Positions 17,523 to 27,871 of a DNA stretch of 64,000 nucleotides are shown in pieces. The notes beneath the pieces were generated by a model. That model did not search any database and was not told the origin of the DNA. It worked only from the letters and a program-made list of their open reading frames with translations. The position numbers and the translations under genes were made by a program. The stretch covers positions 66,020 through 130,019 of the forward strand of contig CANRVB010000003.1 in the NCBI GenBank assembly GCA_947643165.1, given 5' to 3'. Within the stretch, counting starts at the first letter, position 1. Each line of letters starts with the position of its first letter. This DNA is from an uncultured Porphyromonadaceae bacterium (GTDB lineage: Bacteria > Bacteroidota > Bacteroidia > Bacteroidales > Muribaculaceae).

Positions 17523-19079
17523 ATGCCCATAGACAATCAACCACGCTCATACTCAGGCTCAGGTAAACGCCAGCCGGGCAAAAACGACCTTTATGAATTT
17601 GGCGGCCGCACTCAGCCAAGCGATACCGATCTTGAGGAAGCCGTGCTCGGTGCATTGATGCTTGAGAAGGATGCCTATACCGGTGTGTGCGACATTCTGA
17701 AGCCCGAATGCTTCTACGAGCCGCGCAACCGCAAGATATACGAGGCCATCCAGCATCTTGGAGCATCACAGCGCCCTATCGACATGCTGACTGTCACTGA
17801 GCAACTCCGCGCCGATGGAAATCTTGATGATGTGGGGGGCCCGGCTTTTGTGTCGGCTCTGACTATGCGCATAGCTTCGGGTGCCAACGTAGAATATCAC
17901 GCACGCATAGTCGCTCAGAAATATCTCGCGCGCGAGCTTATATCGTTTGCAGCCGAAATTGAGAAAAAAGCATTCGACCAGAGCAACGACGTCGACGATC
18001 TGCTTCAGGAAGCCGAAGGTCGACTGTTCGAGATATCGCAGCGCAACGTAAAAAAAGATGTGACCCAGATCGACCCTGTCATCGGACAGGCTATCGAACA
18101 GATACAGTCGGCGGCAAACCGTGCCACAGGCCTCAGCGGACTCGAGTCGGGATTCCATGAACTCGACAAACTGACTTCGGGATGGCAGAACTCCGATCTT
18201 ATAATCATAGCCGCCCGTCCTGCCATGGGTAAGACCGCCTTTGTACTCTCCATGGCAAAAAACATGGCTGTCAACTACAATACCCCCGTTGCTATATTCT
18301 CGCTTGAGATGTCAAACCTGCAGCTCGTCAACCGTCTTATAAGCAACGTGTGTGAGCTCGAGAGCGAAAAAATAAAAAGCGGACAGCTGCAACCGGTAGA
18401 GTGGGATCAGCTGATGGCTCGCATCAAGGAGCTCTACGGTGCCCACCTGTTTATTGATGACACCCCCTCGCTATCGATCTTCGAGCTACGTACAAAGGCA
18501 CGCCGCCTTGTGCGTGAACACAATGTGAGGATCATGATAATCGACTACCTCCAGCTCATGAATGCCTCAGGCATGAAGTTCGGCTCGCGTGAGCAGGAAG
18601 TAAGTATGATCTCCCGATCGCTCAAACAGCTTGCCAAGGAGCTTAACATACCTATCATAGCGCTGTCGCAGCTAAACCGATCGGTAGAAAACCGTGGTGA
18701 TTCGAAGGAAGGCAAACGTCCGCAACTCTCCGACCTGCGTGAGAGTGGTGCTATCGAGCAGGATGCCGACATTGTCTGCTTCATACACCGTCCGGAGTAC
18801 TATCTGCGGTCGGACACCGACGCCTCGGGCAACGACATACGCGGTCTGGCTGAATTCATAGTAGCGAAACACCGTAGCGGACGTGTGGATGACGTTAAGA
18901 TGAGATTCCGCGCCAAGTATGCCCGCTTCGAAAACTGGGATGAAGAACCCGCTGTAGGCATCGGATCGGTAAGCTCAAGGATATCCACAACCGACTTCAG
19001 CAGCGACCCGGCTATGGGCAATATGGACGGCGGCGCAGATTTTTTGATGTCGGCAGGGACTTCCGACGTGCCGTTTTGA
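17523..19079 (+). CDS. dnaB: Replicative DNA helicase
   Basis: AARPAMGKT Walker A, IDYLQLM, SQLNR, DLRESGAIEQDAD. Confidence 0.97.
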   Translation: MPIDNQPRSYSGSGKRQPGKNDLYEFGGRTQPSDTDLEEAVLGALMLEKDAYTGVCDILKPECFYEPRNRKIYEAIQHLGASQRPIDMLTVTEQLRADGNLDDVGGPAFVSALTMRIASGANVEYHARIVAQKYLARELISFAAEIEKKAFDQSNDVDDLLQEAEGRLFEISQRNVKKDVTQIDPVIGQAIEQIQSAANRATGLSGLESGFHELDKLTSGWQNSDLIIIAARPAMGKTAFVLSMAKNMAVNYNTPVAIFSLEMSNLQLVNRLISNVCELESEKIKSGQLQPVEWDQLMARIKELYGAHLFIDDTPSLSIFELRTKARRLVREHNVRIMIIDYLQLMNASGMKFGSREQEVSMISRSLKQLAKELNIPIIALSQLNRSVENRGDSKEGKRPQLSDLRESGAIEQDADIVCFIHRPEYYLRSDTDASGNDIRGLAEFIVAKHRSGRVDDVKMRFRAKYARFENWDEEPAVGIGSVSSRISTTDFSSDPAMGNMDGGADFLMSAGTSDVPF

Positions 19080-19224
19080 TGCAAGTATCCATCTGACCTA
19101 CAACTAATTGCAAATTCATGACAAAATTTTTGGGCTGTTTATGTGAAATTTAATAAAACTTTTTTCTCACGACCCGTGTTAGAAGAGTATAAAAACGAAA
19201 CAAAACAAACCCAACTATTTAGTT

Positions 19225-20286
19225 ATGAAAAAAGCATTATTAATGATTGCCCTCCTGCTTGGTATAAGCTCGACGGTTTTCGCACAGAACATCAACAAGA
19301 ATGAAGCCAAACAACTCAAGGCTTTCTTGACTCAGGTAGCAGAAAACGGTAATACAAACGCTCAGGTTCTGCAAGTTTCAGATCTCGGTGCCATCGCTTC
19401 TATCCCCGGCATAACAGTTGAAGGCGGTCATGTAACTGCCATCGAATGGAAGGACAAGAAGCTCGCCGGTTCTCTCGATCTCTCAGGCTTCACCGCTCTT
19501 CAGAAAGTTGATATATCGCGTAACGATATCACCGGCTTGAATGTTGAAGGTGACGCTGCCCTCTACGAGCTCAACTGCTCACGCAACAAGCTCTCCGACC
19601 TCAACATTGCCGGCTGTACAGCTCTTCAGACTGTCAAGGCTTACAAGAACCGCTTGACCGACCTCAACGTCGAAGGCACAACCTCGCTGAAGAACCTTAA
19701 CGTATCAGGCAACCTCTTCGTTGAGCTCAATGTTGCCAACAGCCCCACTCTTACCACCCTCAACTGTCAGGGTTGCCACATTGAAAGCCTGATGGTAAGC
19801 GGTTGCACAAGCTTGAAGAACCTCTACTGCGGTTACAATAAGCTGACCTCACTTAACCTCTTCGGTACCACCGGCCTGGTTAACCTCAACATCGACTCTA
19901 ACGACATCACTACCCTCTACATCCAGAGCCTGCCCAGCCTGAGCACTTTCCTCTGCACAGACAACAACATGACTTCGCTCGGCGTAAAGGATTGTCAGAA
20001 CCTTCTCGACCTGGTTTGCTCTTACAACGATCTTACCACTCTCGACATCAGCGATTGCCCCAACGTTCAGTACATCGACTGCTCGTATAACGATCTGACC
20101 ACTCTGTCGCTTACTAACCTCACTTTCCTGCAGCGTCTGCTCTGTAACAACAACCAGCTGACAATGCTCGACCTGAGCTTCGACAGCCAGCTCACCTACG
20201 TCAACTGCCGCAGCAACCAGATCACCGATCTCCGCACTATGGGTTGCGACCGCCTCGGAATGCTCGCTTGCCAGTGGTTTGAATAA
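19225..20286 (+). CDS. Secreted leucine-rich-repeat protein
   Basis: Signal peptide (VFA/Q), about 12 repeats of LxxLxCxxNxLxxLx(V/L). Confidence 0.88.
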   Translation: MKKALLMIALLLGISSTVFAQNINKNEAKQLKAFLTQVAENGNTNAQVLQVSDLGAIASIPGITVEGGHVTAIEWKDKKLAGSLDLSGFTALQKVDISRNDITGLNVEGDAALYELNCSRNKLSDLNIAGCTALQTVKAYKNRLTDLNVEGTTSLKNLNVSGNLFVELNVANSPTLTTLNCQGCHIESLMVSGCTSLKNLYCGYNKLTSLNLFGTTGLVNLNIDSNDITTLYIQSLPSLSTFLCTDNNMTSLGVKDCQNLLDLVCSYNDLTTLDISDCPNVQYIDCSYNDLTTLSLTNLTFLQRLLCNNNQLTMLDLSFDSQLTYVNCRSNQITDLRTMGCDRLGMLACQWFE

Positions 20287-20342
20287 TACTACAGACAGCT
20301 ATAACCAAGATTCAAAGATCATATAAATAACTAATTAGTCGA

Positions 20343-20441
20343 GCCCCGGTCTCATCTATCATGAGGCCGGGGTTTGACTATATTGCTACATTGCCGCCGA
20401 CATAATAAAGAACCGGGCCTCTGTATTCAAGAGGCCCGGTT
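20343..20441. terminator. Two hairpins terminating the convergent LRR and lysA genes
   Basis: GCCCCGGTCTCA..TGAGGCCGGGGT and AACCGGGCCTCT..AGAGGCCCGGTT. Confidence 0.65.
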
Positions 20442-20486
20442 CATATATCATCTGGATCTGTTGTCCGTCTTTATTGACCGACTGTA

Positions 20487-21632
20487 TCAATCGGCGTAAC
20501 TCTGAGGGAGGCGACGGCAGTTGTAGCCGGAGGCCATGATCTCGCCGTATGCTCCTGCACTTCTGAGAGCAAGCAGATCGCCACGGTGCGTTACGGGCAG
20601 CTCGACATCCTTGTCGAATGTGTCGGATGACTCGCATATCGGTCCAACTACATCGTAGGTTTCCATAGGCGATCCCGGAGCCGCGCTTATATTCTCGATT
20701 TCGTGGTGAGCCTGATAGAGAGCGGGACGGATAAGCTCTGTAAACCCTGCATCAACGATGGCAAACTGCTTGGCAAGGCCTTTCTTGACGTAGAGAACAC
20801 GTGTGATGAGCGAACCGCACTGCCCTACCACACTACGGCCGAGCTCGAAGTGAACGCTCTGGCCTTCGCGTAGCTTCAGCCCATTGTTGAATGTATCGAA
20901 ATATCCCTTGAAGTCGGAAATAGGATTCTTATCCGGATTATCGTAGTCTATTCCGAGGCCGCCGCCGACATTGATCGACTTGATAGCTATACCCTCTTTC
21001 TCAAATTCATCCTGCATCTGGTTGATCGTGTCACAGAGCATACGGTATGGCTCCATGTCGGTAAGCTGGGAACCGATATGGAAATGCAGCCCCATGAACT
21101 CTACACCGGGCAACTCGATAGCCCTGCGCACCACGGGCATAAGCAGTTCGCGCGATATACCGAATTTATTCTCGCTGAGACCGGTGGTGATATAGTGATG
21201 GGTATGTGCGTCTATGTTTGGGTTGACGCGCAATGCTATTCTGGCAACCTTTCCGGCTTTGACGGCGAGATCGCTGATCACCTCCAGCTCAGGCAGGCTC
21301 TCTACATTGAAGCAGGCGATACCGGCATTGAGGGCCATGTTGATCTCATTGTCATTCTTGCCCACTCCGGCAAACACGATCGTGTCGGGTGCGAATCCAC
21401 ACTCAATGGCACGCTCGATCTCACCGCCGCTCACTGCATCGATACCGAGACCCGCACGGCAGATCTGGTCGAGCACCAATGGATTGGCATTGGCCTTTAC
21501 AGCATAGTGAACGGAAAATGCACTGTTTACGGCGGCCGTCTCCTTGATCACATCGAGTGTACGGCGCAAAAGTGCAAGATCGTAATAATAGAAAGGTGTA
21601 GGTCTATTGATAAACTTGTCTATCGGAAACAT
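20487..21632 (-). CDS. lysA: Diaminopimelate decarboxylase
   Basis: YAVKAN, HFHIGSQ, GPICESSD; start reset to MFPIDKF. Confidence 0.95.
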   Translation of the reverse strand: MFPIDKFINRPTPFYYYDLALLRRTLDVIKETAAVNSAFSVHYAVKANANPLVLDQICRAGLGIDAVSGGEIERAIECGFAPDTIVFAGVGKNDNEINMALNAGIACFNVESLPELEVISDLAVKAGKVARIALRVNPNIDAHTHHYITTGLSENKFGISRELLMPVVRRAIELPGVEFMGLHFHIGSQLTDMEPYRMLCDTINQMQDEFEKEGIAIKSINVGGGLGIDYDNPDKNPISDFKGYFDTFNNGLKLREGQSVHFELGRSVVGQCGSLITRVLYVKKGLAKQFAIVDAGFTELIRPALYQAHHEIENISAAPGSPMETYDVVGPICESSDTFDKDVELPVTHRGDLLALRSAGAYGEIMASGYNCRRLPQSYAD

Positions 21633-21710
21633 ATAAGTACGGAATAAAAAAACAGACACGACTATCCGGACGGCCGTCGTGGCTCCGGAATAGTCGTGCC
21701 GCTGCAAATA

Positions 21711-23024
21711 TCATTTGAATATGTTCTCGCTCAGCAAACGCAGGGCGCGGACTTTGTCCTCTTTTCTTATGAGAAGCGAAATGTTGTAGTTGCTGCCGCC
21801 GTAGCTTATCATGCGGACAGGCACATCGCGGAGAGCATTCACAACCGCAGCCTCAAAACCGCAGTTCTGCCACTCGAGATTGCCTACCACACATATTATG
21901 ACCATATCGCGGTCGACAGTGACAGTGCCAAACTTGCGCAGGTCATCGAGGATATGATTGAGATTGCGCTCATTGTCGACAGTCACCGACACTCCTACCT
22001 CGCTGGTCACGATCATGTCGATCGATGTGCGGTGGTTTTCGAATATCTCGAATACCTTGCGCAGGAATCCGTAGGCCAGCAGCATACGTCCGCTTTTTAT
22101 CTTGATGGCGGTGATGTTGTCTTTGGCAGCCACAGCCTTTATGCCGCCCTTGGACACGGTGTTGCAGATCAGGGTACCCTCGGCATCAGGCTGCATGGTG
22201 TTGAGCAGACGCACCGGTATGTTGTTCAGCTTTGCCGGCAATACACATGTGGGGTGGAGAATCTTGGCTCCGAAGTATGCAAGCTCCGCAGCCTCTTCGA
22301 AATGAAGTCTGTGCACAGGCTTCGTACCCTCTACAAAACGCGGGTCGTTGTTGTGCATGCCGTCGATGTCCGTCCAGATCTGTATCTCTTCGGCTCCGAT
22401 AGCAGCACCGATCAACGACGCTGTATAGTCGCTGCCGCCGCGCTGCAGATTGTCGATCTCGCCATAGGCGTTGCGACATATATATCCCTGCGTGAGATAG
22501 AGGTCGGCGTCGCCTACGCTTTCAAGCAAGGCCGTAAGTTTAATCCGGATATAATCTGAATCGGGCTCCGCGTTCTTGTCAGTGCGCATGAAGTCGAGAG
22601 CTGGAAGCATCTTGACGTTTACCCCCGTCTCTTCAAGATAAAGAGCCATCAGAGCCGTCGACATCAGCTCACCCTGGGCAAGAATCTCGCGCTCCTCAAA
22701 CAGCGTGAATATCTCCTTGCCGCGCGAACGTATGAAGTCGAAGTTGGCCGACAACGCCTCGCGTGCGCGGGCTTTGAAGGCCTCGTTGTCAAACAACTCG
22801 TTGATCACAGCTTCATATTTGGCCTGAAGCTTGTTGACTGTTTCCTTGGCACCAGCCACGTTTTTCTTGTAGAGATAATCAGCAATCTCCACGAGGGTGT
22901 TGGTTGTGCCTGACATGGCCGACAGAACAATGATGTTCTTTCCGCGCTCTGTGATGAGCCCGGCGACGTCCCTGATTCTTTTGGCGGTTCCCACTGAGGT
23001 ACCGCCGAACTTCAATACTTTCAT
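21711..23024 (-). CDS. lysC: Aspartate kinase
   Basis: [17 protein letters not shown]-terminal ACT domains; directly upstream of lysA. Confidence 0.93.
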   Translation of the reverse strand: MKVLKFGGTSVGTAKRIRDVAGLITERGKNIIVLSAMSGTTNTLVEIADYLYKKNVAGAKETVNKLQAKYEAVINELFDNEAFKARAREALSANFDFIRSRGKEIFTLFEEREILAQGELMSTALMALYLEETGVNVKMLPALDFMRTDKNAEPDSDYIRIKLTALLESVGDADLYLTQGYICRNAYGEIDNLQRGGSDYTASLIGAAIGAEEIQIWTDIDGMHNNDPRFVEGTKPVHRLHFEEAAELAYFGAKILHPTCVLPAKLNNIPVRLLNTMQPDAEGTLICNTVSKGGIKAVAAKDNITAIKIKSGRMLLAYGFLRKVFEIFENHRTSIDMIVTSEVGVSVTVDNERNLNHILDDLRKFGTVTVDRDMVIICVVGNLEWQNCGFEAAVVNALRDVPVRMISYGGSNYNISLLIRKEDKVRALRLLSENIFK

Positions 23025-23114
23025 CTATTGGACTGGTAAACGAATGGTGCGTTAATATGGTCGCAAAATTACAAAAATAATCTCAACAGATTAGGATATA
23101 ATGCAACAAAATTA

Positions 23115-23876
23115 TCACAATCTATAACCAATTGAGAAAGAATAGCCGAAATTATGGATATTTGGGCAAATTATTCCGGAATTGCCTACAATATGAGCTA
23201 CGTTCTTCAGTCCGAAATCGAGACGGGCACCAACCGACAGACGCTTGCTGAAACGGAGAGATGTGCCCAGATGTATGCCGATGTCCGCGCGTCGGTAGCT
23301 GTTGATGAATGTCGAGACTGAATTGTAGTAATGCACCTTGTCTGTGATATGGTTGTTGACAAGCTGTCCGAGCGAGTTGACCTGCGATGAATATATGGAC
23401 TGATTCTGACGGCCATGGAGTCCATAGCTGTAGAACAGACCGGCATCCACAGTCCATCTCACGCCGTCGACGATATTGAACCGGAACTGGAGATAGACAG
23501 GAATATTGGCCACAAGCGTATTGTTGCGCAGGAATATATTGCTTACGCTTGTAGCTTCCTCATTGCTTACCGCCATATCGGCACGGTAGCGCTGCGACAG
23601 CAGGTTCAGCTCCGTACCTATACCGAGCCAGTCGCGGATACCGAATACTGCTGACAGACCTGCGCCTGCTGTAAGACCGGCCGATGTGTTCATCTCGGTG
23701 ATCTCTGGAAAGCATCCCATATAGTTCTCGGTGATTACGCTGCCGCCACCCATTACGCGCGCCTCTACGTCGATAAAGTCGGGTGCAGGCCCGAAATCGA
23801 TGAATTCTCTGGCACTTGATAATGTAGGGAACACCATTGCAGCTATGATAAGCCATACACGGCAGAAATGTGTCAT
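23115..23876 (-). CDS. Outer-membrane beta-barrel (porin-like) protein
   Basis: Signal peptide, amphipathic strands, NIPVYLQFRF, terminal SFSIGYRL. Confidence 0.78.
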   Translation of the reverse strand: MTHFCRVWLIIAAMVFPTLSSAREFIDFGPAPDFIDVEARVMGGGSVITENYMGCFPEITEMNTSAGLTAGAGLSAVFGIRDWLGIGTELNLLSQRYRADMAVSNEEATSVSNIFLRNNTLVANIPVYLQFRFNIVDGVRWTVDAGLFYSYGLHGRQNQSIYSSQVNSLGQLVNNHITDKVHYYNSVSTFINSYRRADIGIHLGTSLRFSKRLSVGARLDFGLKNVAHIVGNSGIICPNIHNFGYSFSIGYRL

Positions 23877-24062
23877 AGGTTCAAGAATGAAATTTTGAGA
23901 CAAATGGATAATTAACGATTCAAAATTATACAAATTATTTTGAAAACTCACCAAGGCCGATTAACTTTGTCAAAAATTTAGGGCCATATCTCGTCCTCGC
24001 CTTATACCTTATACCGAGTTTACCAAATTCTAACAAAAAACTGTTTTCCCAGACCTACCCAA

Positions 24063-25085
24063 ATGGTATCCCGTAAAAAAATCTGGATGTCATCACGCGA
24101 CTATGTGATGATTATATTTGGCATATTTCTGTATGCCTTCGGCTTCTCAGCTTTCATTTTTCCTGAGAAAGTAGTTATCGGCGGATTAGCCGGCTTTGGC
24201 ACCCTGATATACTTTATCACCGAGAACCTGTTCGGATACGGTGTGCCTGTAGCCATAACACAATACATCACCAACCTGACATTGCTGGCCTTCGCATTTC
24301 GCAGTGTAGGCAAACAGTTTGTATGGCGCACGATTTTCGGAGCGACAGTCATCTCGCTGTTCATAGGCATGCTCACACCCATATTCCAGAATAATCCCAT
24401 CATCCAGGGGCAACCGTTCATGAACGTTGTGATCGGCGGCATACTCTGCGGTATAGGCATAGGCCTGGTTTTCATACACAATGGATCGACAGGTGGCACG
24501 GATATAGTCGCCGCGATGGTATCGAAAAAGAGCAATACAACCATCGGACGCACAATGCTCTACTGCGATATGTGCATCATCACATCGAGCTTCCTTATTT
24601 TCCATCAGCTCGACAAGGTGGTATATGGCTTTGTGGTGCTGGTACTCACTTCCTATTTCTGTGACATGGTGATCAACACCAACCGCCAGGCCGTCCAGTT
24701 CACCATCATATCCTCCAAATGGAAAGAGATAGCCGAAGCTATCAATACGGAAGCTCACCGCGGCGTAACCATACTTGACGGTACCGGCTGGTACACCAAA
24801 CATCCCATCAAGATGCTGCTGGTAGTATGCCGCAAAATAGAGTCTGTCACCATATTCCGCATTGTCAAGAGCATCGATGAAGGCGCTTTCATCACTCAGG
24901 CCAATGTAAACGGCGTCTATGGCAAAGGCTTCGACACAATCAAGATTAAAGCCAAAAAGTCGGAACATAGCAAACACCCGTCCTCTCCCCTGCCCGAGCG
25001 CAATCCAGAGATAGAGGAAGTGACACTTGCCGATGCCACAGAGCAGGCCATCAACCAATCCACAGCCGAATCAATAAAGGCTTAG
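24063..25085 (+). CDS. YitT family membrane protein
   Basis: Multiple TM helices, NGSTGGTDI, C-terminal DUF2179-like RGVT..G.GWY. Confidence 0.9.
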   Translation: MVSRKKIWMSSRDYVMIIFGIFLYAFGFSAFIFPEKVVIGGLAGFGTLIYFITENLFGYGVPVAITQYITNLTLLAFAFRSVGKQFVWRTIFGATVISLFIGMLTPIFQNNPIIQGQPFMNVVIGGILCGIGIGLVFIHNGSTGGTDIVAAMVSKKSNTTIGRTMLYCDMCIITSSFLIFHQLDKVVYGFVVLVLTSYFCDMVINTNRQAVQFTIISSKWKEIAEAINTEAHRGVTILDGTGWYTKHPIKMLLVVCRKIESVTIFRIVKSIDEGAFITQANVNGVYGKGFDTIKIKAKKSEHSKHPSSPLPERNPEIEEVTLADATEQAINQSTAESIKA

Positions 25086-25096
25086 TCCAAACTATT

Positions 25097-25945
25097 ATGG
25101 CAGACAACTATCTGGAGCGTAGAATGGACGACTATAGGTCGGGCAAACTCGCACCGAAGAACAATACTCAGCGCCGTGCTACATCAGCACGGCGTATTTT
25201 TCCATTGGAAAACCGCCGGGTTCTCGTTACGGGAGGAGCCTCCGGAATTGGACGCGAGATAGTACGCGCTTTCCGCGACCAACAGTGCCGTGTGGCCATA
25301 TTCGACAATAATAATGCCGCCGGAAGCAAAACTGCGCAACAGACAGGCGCACGGTTCTATCCATGCGATCTCGCAGATATTGGCGCACTTGGAAAAATGA
25401 TCGGCTCGCTGCTCGAGGACTGGGGTGATATCGACATTGTGATCAACAATGCCGCGGAATGCTTATTCAAGCCCCTCGCGGAGACCGACGCATCGGAATT
25501 CTCACATACTCTGGCTGTGAATCTCACCGCTCCGTTCGAGATAGCACGGCGGCTGGCTGTACACCGCCTCTCACTCCCGGAAGATAACAGACGTGGAGGA
25601 CGGATCATCAACATAGCTTCGACACGTGCACTGCAGAGCGAACCCTCGACTGAAGCCTATTCAGCATCAAAAGGTGGGATTCTTGCGCTCACTCACGCGC
25701 TTACAGCTTCTCTCGCCCCACTTGGCATAACAGTCAACGCCATAAGCCCCGGATGGATTGAAACAGGCGATCCTGCGTCTCTGCGCGAATGCGACAATCA
25801 GTTCCATCAGTCGGGACGGGTAGGACGGCCGGCCGACATAGCACGCGCATGTGTGTTCCTGGCAATGGACGATGCCGATTTCATAAATGGGTCAAATCTT
25901 ATCATAGATGGAGGTGTCACCCGCAAGATGATCTACCCCGACTGA
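25097..25945 (+). CDS. SDR family oxidoreductase
   Basis: TGGASGIG, NNA, YSASK; N-terminal MADNYLE extension. Confidence 0.92.
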   Translation: MADNYLERRMDDYRSGKLAPKNNTQRRATSARRIFPLENRRVLVTGGASGIGREIVRAFRDQQCRVAIFDNNNAAGSKTAQQTGARFYPCDLADIGALGKMIGSLLEDWGDIDIVINNAAECLFKPLAETDASEFSHTLAVNLTAPFEIARRLAVHRLSLPEDNRRGGRIINIASTRALQSEPSTEAYSASKGGILALTHALTASLAPLGITVNAISPGWIETGDPASLRECDNQFHQSGRVGRPADIARACVFLAMDDADFINGSNLIIDGGVTRKMIYPD

Positions 25946-25956
25946 CTGTACGCTGG

Positions 25957-26727
25957 TCAGTCATCCGCGCCAAACGATTCCGGCGCATGATACTGGTGTT
26001 TACCGACAGTTCGGCGTCCGTATGCCACGGCATGTGTTGGACACACATTGTAGCATCCGAGACACAAGGCGCAACGGTCGCCCCACACCGGACGTCCGCG
26101 GTCGTCAAGCCTTATGTTGTTCATCGGACATACGCTCACACATCTCCCGCATGATATACAGCTATCCTCCGGATGAAATGGTTTTGGCGACATCATGTGC
26201 TTGACAAAAAACGGATAGATGACCCGGCTCTTGATCCACGGACACACACCCCTCACTACATCCGTCACCGGCTCTTCTGTACCTCCTGCTATATATGCCG
26301 CTATATCCTTCAGCCTGTCGGCCGCAGCTGCAAGCTTGCCTCCCGCTACATCCCGGCTGTCAGTATCCATGCCGGGCAGCAGCACGTATGTATTTGGCAT
26401 GGTCACCGAGAAAGCCGATATACACTTGGCACCACGCTTCCCGAGTTCCGCCCGCCACTGACGGTCGGCATAACCTATGTCATCGCCACATGTGCATACC
26501 ATGTGATGACATACGCCCGCAGGAAAATCAAGATGGCGCATGAACGCCAGCACGATCGGCGGGACTCCCCAACTGTATATCGGGAATACCCACACGATCC
26601 GCTTGCATTCGGCTGTAAACATATCTGATCGGGCAACAGTCAGCTCTACGATACTGTCACCTGTCAACTTGCCGAGCCTCTCGGCTGCAAGTCTTGAATT
26701 ACCATTGCCCGAAAACCAGAGTATCAT
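25957..26727 (-). CDS. EFR1-type flavodoxin/ferredoxin fusion
   Basis: FSGNGNS flavodoxin loop and two CxxCxxCxxxCP motifs. Confidence 0.88.
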   Translation of the reverse strand: MILWFSGNGNSRLAAERLGKLTGDSIVELTVARSDMFTAECKRIVWVFPIYSWGVPPIVLAFMRHLDFPAGVCHHMVCTCGDDIGYADRQWRAELGKRGAKCISAFSVTMPNTYVLLPGMDTDSRDVAGGKLAAAADRLKDIAAYIAGGTEEPVTDVVRGVCPWIKSRVIYPFFVKHMMSPKPFHPEDSCISCGRCVSVCPMNNIRLDDRGRPVWGDRCALCLGCYNVCPTHAVAYGRRTVGKHQYHAPESFGADD

Positions 26728-27845
26728 CTTATTGTTATCTGAGTCGCACCATATCCATATTCGCGGAACGATGCGTCCTGGGCTGAGTGGGCCTTGTAGC
26801 GGTGGCGCATCTCCTTGAGAATAGCCTGACGCAACACGCCGTCACCTTTGCCATGTATGAATATTATTTTCCTCCCATGATTGCGCAGATTGGAGTCCAT
26901 AACCTCACGGAACTTGTCGATCTGATAATTGAGCATGTCGGCCGGTGTTAATCCTCCCGTATTATCCAGTAGCTCAGTAATATGCAGATCAATTACAAGG
27001 TCCGATTTGCCGTCATCGCTTATTTTGCGCTTTCTCACCGGAACGCCCTTGCGCTGATCCTCGCGCTTTTTGGCTCGTAATGAGGCATCTATGCTCTGCG
27101 AGTACACCTCAAGCGGATTCCTGGCCATGATTTTGTCATCTGTAACCAACGGCAATGCAAGCACATCCTGATCGAAATATGTATTGGCCCGGAAGCAATG
27201 CAGCTTGCAGAACTTGGTGGTGTCGAGAGGTGTTTCGAGCGATACCGGGGGCTTGATAGTGAATGACTTATCGCGCTTGAAGGCAATGAATTGCACGCAC
27301 ACCCTGTCCATATCGGCCAGATCCTCACGCTTCACTTCACACAACAGAACCTGCATGTTTGGCTCGATCAATCCGGCATAGCGCGACGTCCATTCTGTCT
27401 CAAGATCGCTGCGTGTCAGGTATGTCAGATACAGGAAATAGTTGGAATCATTGACAAGATATGCATCAAACGATGTTGTGCTGATATTCTGACGGTTAAG
27501 CGGCTCGTAAGCAAGAACTATATTGAGCCGGTCGCCGGTAGGCGTTTCTTCTACCGGCTCATCAGGTTCAGGCTCTACAATGACCGATACGTGACGGGCG
27601 GTAGCCGACTGATCTGGCTGTGGCTCAGACTGTTTGGGACGGCCACCTACAGCCGGACGGTCGGGCGACTTTGCCTTTGCTGCCGAAGCTGCAGAGGCCG
27701 CATCCTGAACTATCACACATTCGCGCTGTAGGACAGGCACTTCAAAACCGTCCTCATCTTCCACATAGGCCAGCTGGCCGGATAGTCTGACTACCCGGCC
27801 GCCGCCAGTGGTGTTTAGAAAGCGAACAATATCTCCTATATTCAT
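26724..27845 (-). CDS. DUF2027/Smr-domain protein
   Basis: N-terminal KOW-like IGDIVRFL..GGG.V, YLVNDSNY middle domain, Smr IDLH..IHGKGDGVLR..YGYGAT. Confidence 0.88.
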   Translation of the reverse strand: MNIGDIVRFLNTTGGGRVVRLSGQLAYVEDEDGFEVPVLQRECVIVQDAASAASAAKAKSPDRPAVGGRPKQSEPQPDQSATARHVSVIVEPEPDEPVEETPTGDRLNIVLAYEPLNRQNISTTSFDAYLVNDSNYFLYLTYLTRSDLETEWTSRYAGLIEPNMQVLLCEVKREDLADMDRVCVQFIAFKRDKSFTIKPPVSLETPLDTTKFCKLHCFRANTYFDQDVLALPLVTDDKIMARNPLEVYSQSIDASLRAKKREDQRKGVPVRKRKISDDGKSDLVIDLHITELLDNTGGLTPADMLNYQIDKFREVMDSNLRNHGRKIIFIHGKGDGVLRQAILKEMRHRYKAHSAQDASFREYGYGATQITIR

Positions 27846-27871
27846 TTGATTGACAGAAATATATAGAAATA

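Noticed and set aside
17428-17769. Long N-terminal extensions of ispE and dnaB suggesting overlapping divergent genes
   Set aside because: Family-typical starts are at 17427 and 17523, leaving a normal 95-nt divergent promoter region.
23025-23114. Possible lysine riboswitch before lysC
   Set aside because: The spacer is only 90 nt, AT-rich and holds a TAATTTTG promoter; too short for an L-box.
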